Assembly (NCBI RefSeq): GCF_048593235.1
Contig: NC_133618.1
Location: 653,616,361-653,680,360, forward strand
Length of the DNA: 64,000 nucleotides
From: Sminthopsis crassicaudata
Taxonomy: Eukaryota
Direction: 5' to 3'
Positions 63,101-64,000 of this stretch are shown in pieces. Position 1 is the stretch's first letter, and each line of letters begins with the position of its first letter. A program made the translations under genes and the position numbers. Below the pieces are notes generated by a model. The model did no database searches, was not told the DNA's origin, and was given only the letters and a program-made list of their open reading frames with translations.

Positions 63101-64000
63101 CCTAGGAGCCCATTCTTTTAGAAATCTATTGAGTGTATTACATGCTGGGAAAACAATATGTAAATACATTTTTTCCAAAACCTGACTTAGCCATAATATT
63201 AGTCTAACGAATAGACATATCTCACACATTTTAAATTCTTCCTTTTTGGGAATGTGGGATGAGGAAGAGGAAGATGAGAGGATTTTCTCAATTAACTGCA
63301 TACTTATCCTGAACTTGGGAAAGGAAAGGGTGGAAGTTAAAACTCTTTAATTGACTTGTTTTCTTAAGAACCAGAGCAAACTAGGAGCTATATTAGATGG
63401 CTAGATTCCTAATGTGTGATTTCTTTACAACAGTGCAGGTTGAAGGCAATAGGTCTCCTCTCATTTGGCAACAAAAGAACACTGAATGGTTATCTGCGCT
63501 AGATGTTTGAAGATAGAGATGAACACACCAAACCAAAGGGCCCAAGAAGATAAGTTTCTGTGACATTTGCTATAACTCTTTTATATTACCATCCGGCTAT
63601 TCTATATGTAGCATTCAGAAGAGAATATAAAAAAAAATGATATAAAGCTGAAATTATTTCCTTGATAACACTTGTTTTAAACACCTCGCCACTAAATAGC
63701 TAAAAAGTCTCTAAAGTGAATGCATAAAGCATATAAAAGCTACAAGCATTCTTACATAAATTCTTAAGATTAAAGTAATAACTTCTAGAAAAAGGTGGGA
63801 AAACATATACCAATAAATCTATTTGTAATGGTATTTGGGCCTCCACCAACTGCTTTCATTGGTCTCGAGTGGCTTACATATAAAACAATACATTTGATGT
63901 ATGCTTTCAATTCCTTATGGAAAACTGTTCTATCTACAAGCAGCCTGTCAGAGGCAAGACCAAAACAAATAACAAAAAAACCCACACCACAAAAGAAAAC

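Noticed and set aside
1-64000. CRISPR array, rRNA, tRNA or snRNA genes
   Set aside because: None seen; tRNA-like A/B boxes all belong to SINE heads.

Overview
A 64-kb stretch of marsupial genomic DNA. WSINE1-, MAR1- and RTE-type SINEs point to an Australian marsupial, possibly a dasyurid; the species cannot be fixed from sequence. I found no host protein-coding exon, RNA gene or CRISPR array, so it reads as a gene desert or the interior of a very long intron. The dominant feature is a full-length, young LINE-1 (26171-32900) with a 5'UTR, both ORFs, intact catalytic motifs and target-site duplications. It is broken only by two 1-nt length changes in A homopolymers. It sits in a 9-kb nest of five stacked retroelement insertions (25405-34580). 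The rest is old L2/L3/MIR/hAT debris, microsatellites, two N gaps and several CpG-retaining, homeodomain/TALE-motif-rich blocks that look like conserved enhancers. Unexplained structure worth following up: a locally duplicated ~250-bp module (22581-22850 / 24168-24430), a 265-bp degenerate palindrome (52512-52776), repeated AT-rich fold-back insertions that copy their own flank, and a recursive-splice-site-like motif at 37487/37488. I did not find a new multi-gene system. Old repeats were identified by eye against remembered consensus sequences, so their boundaries and names are approximate.
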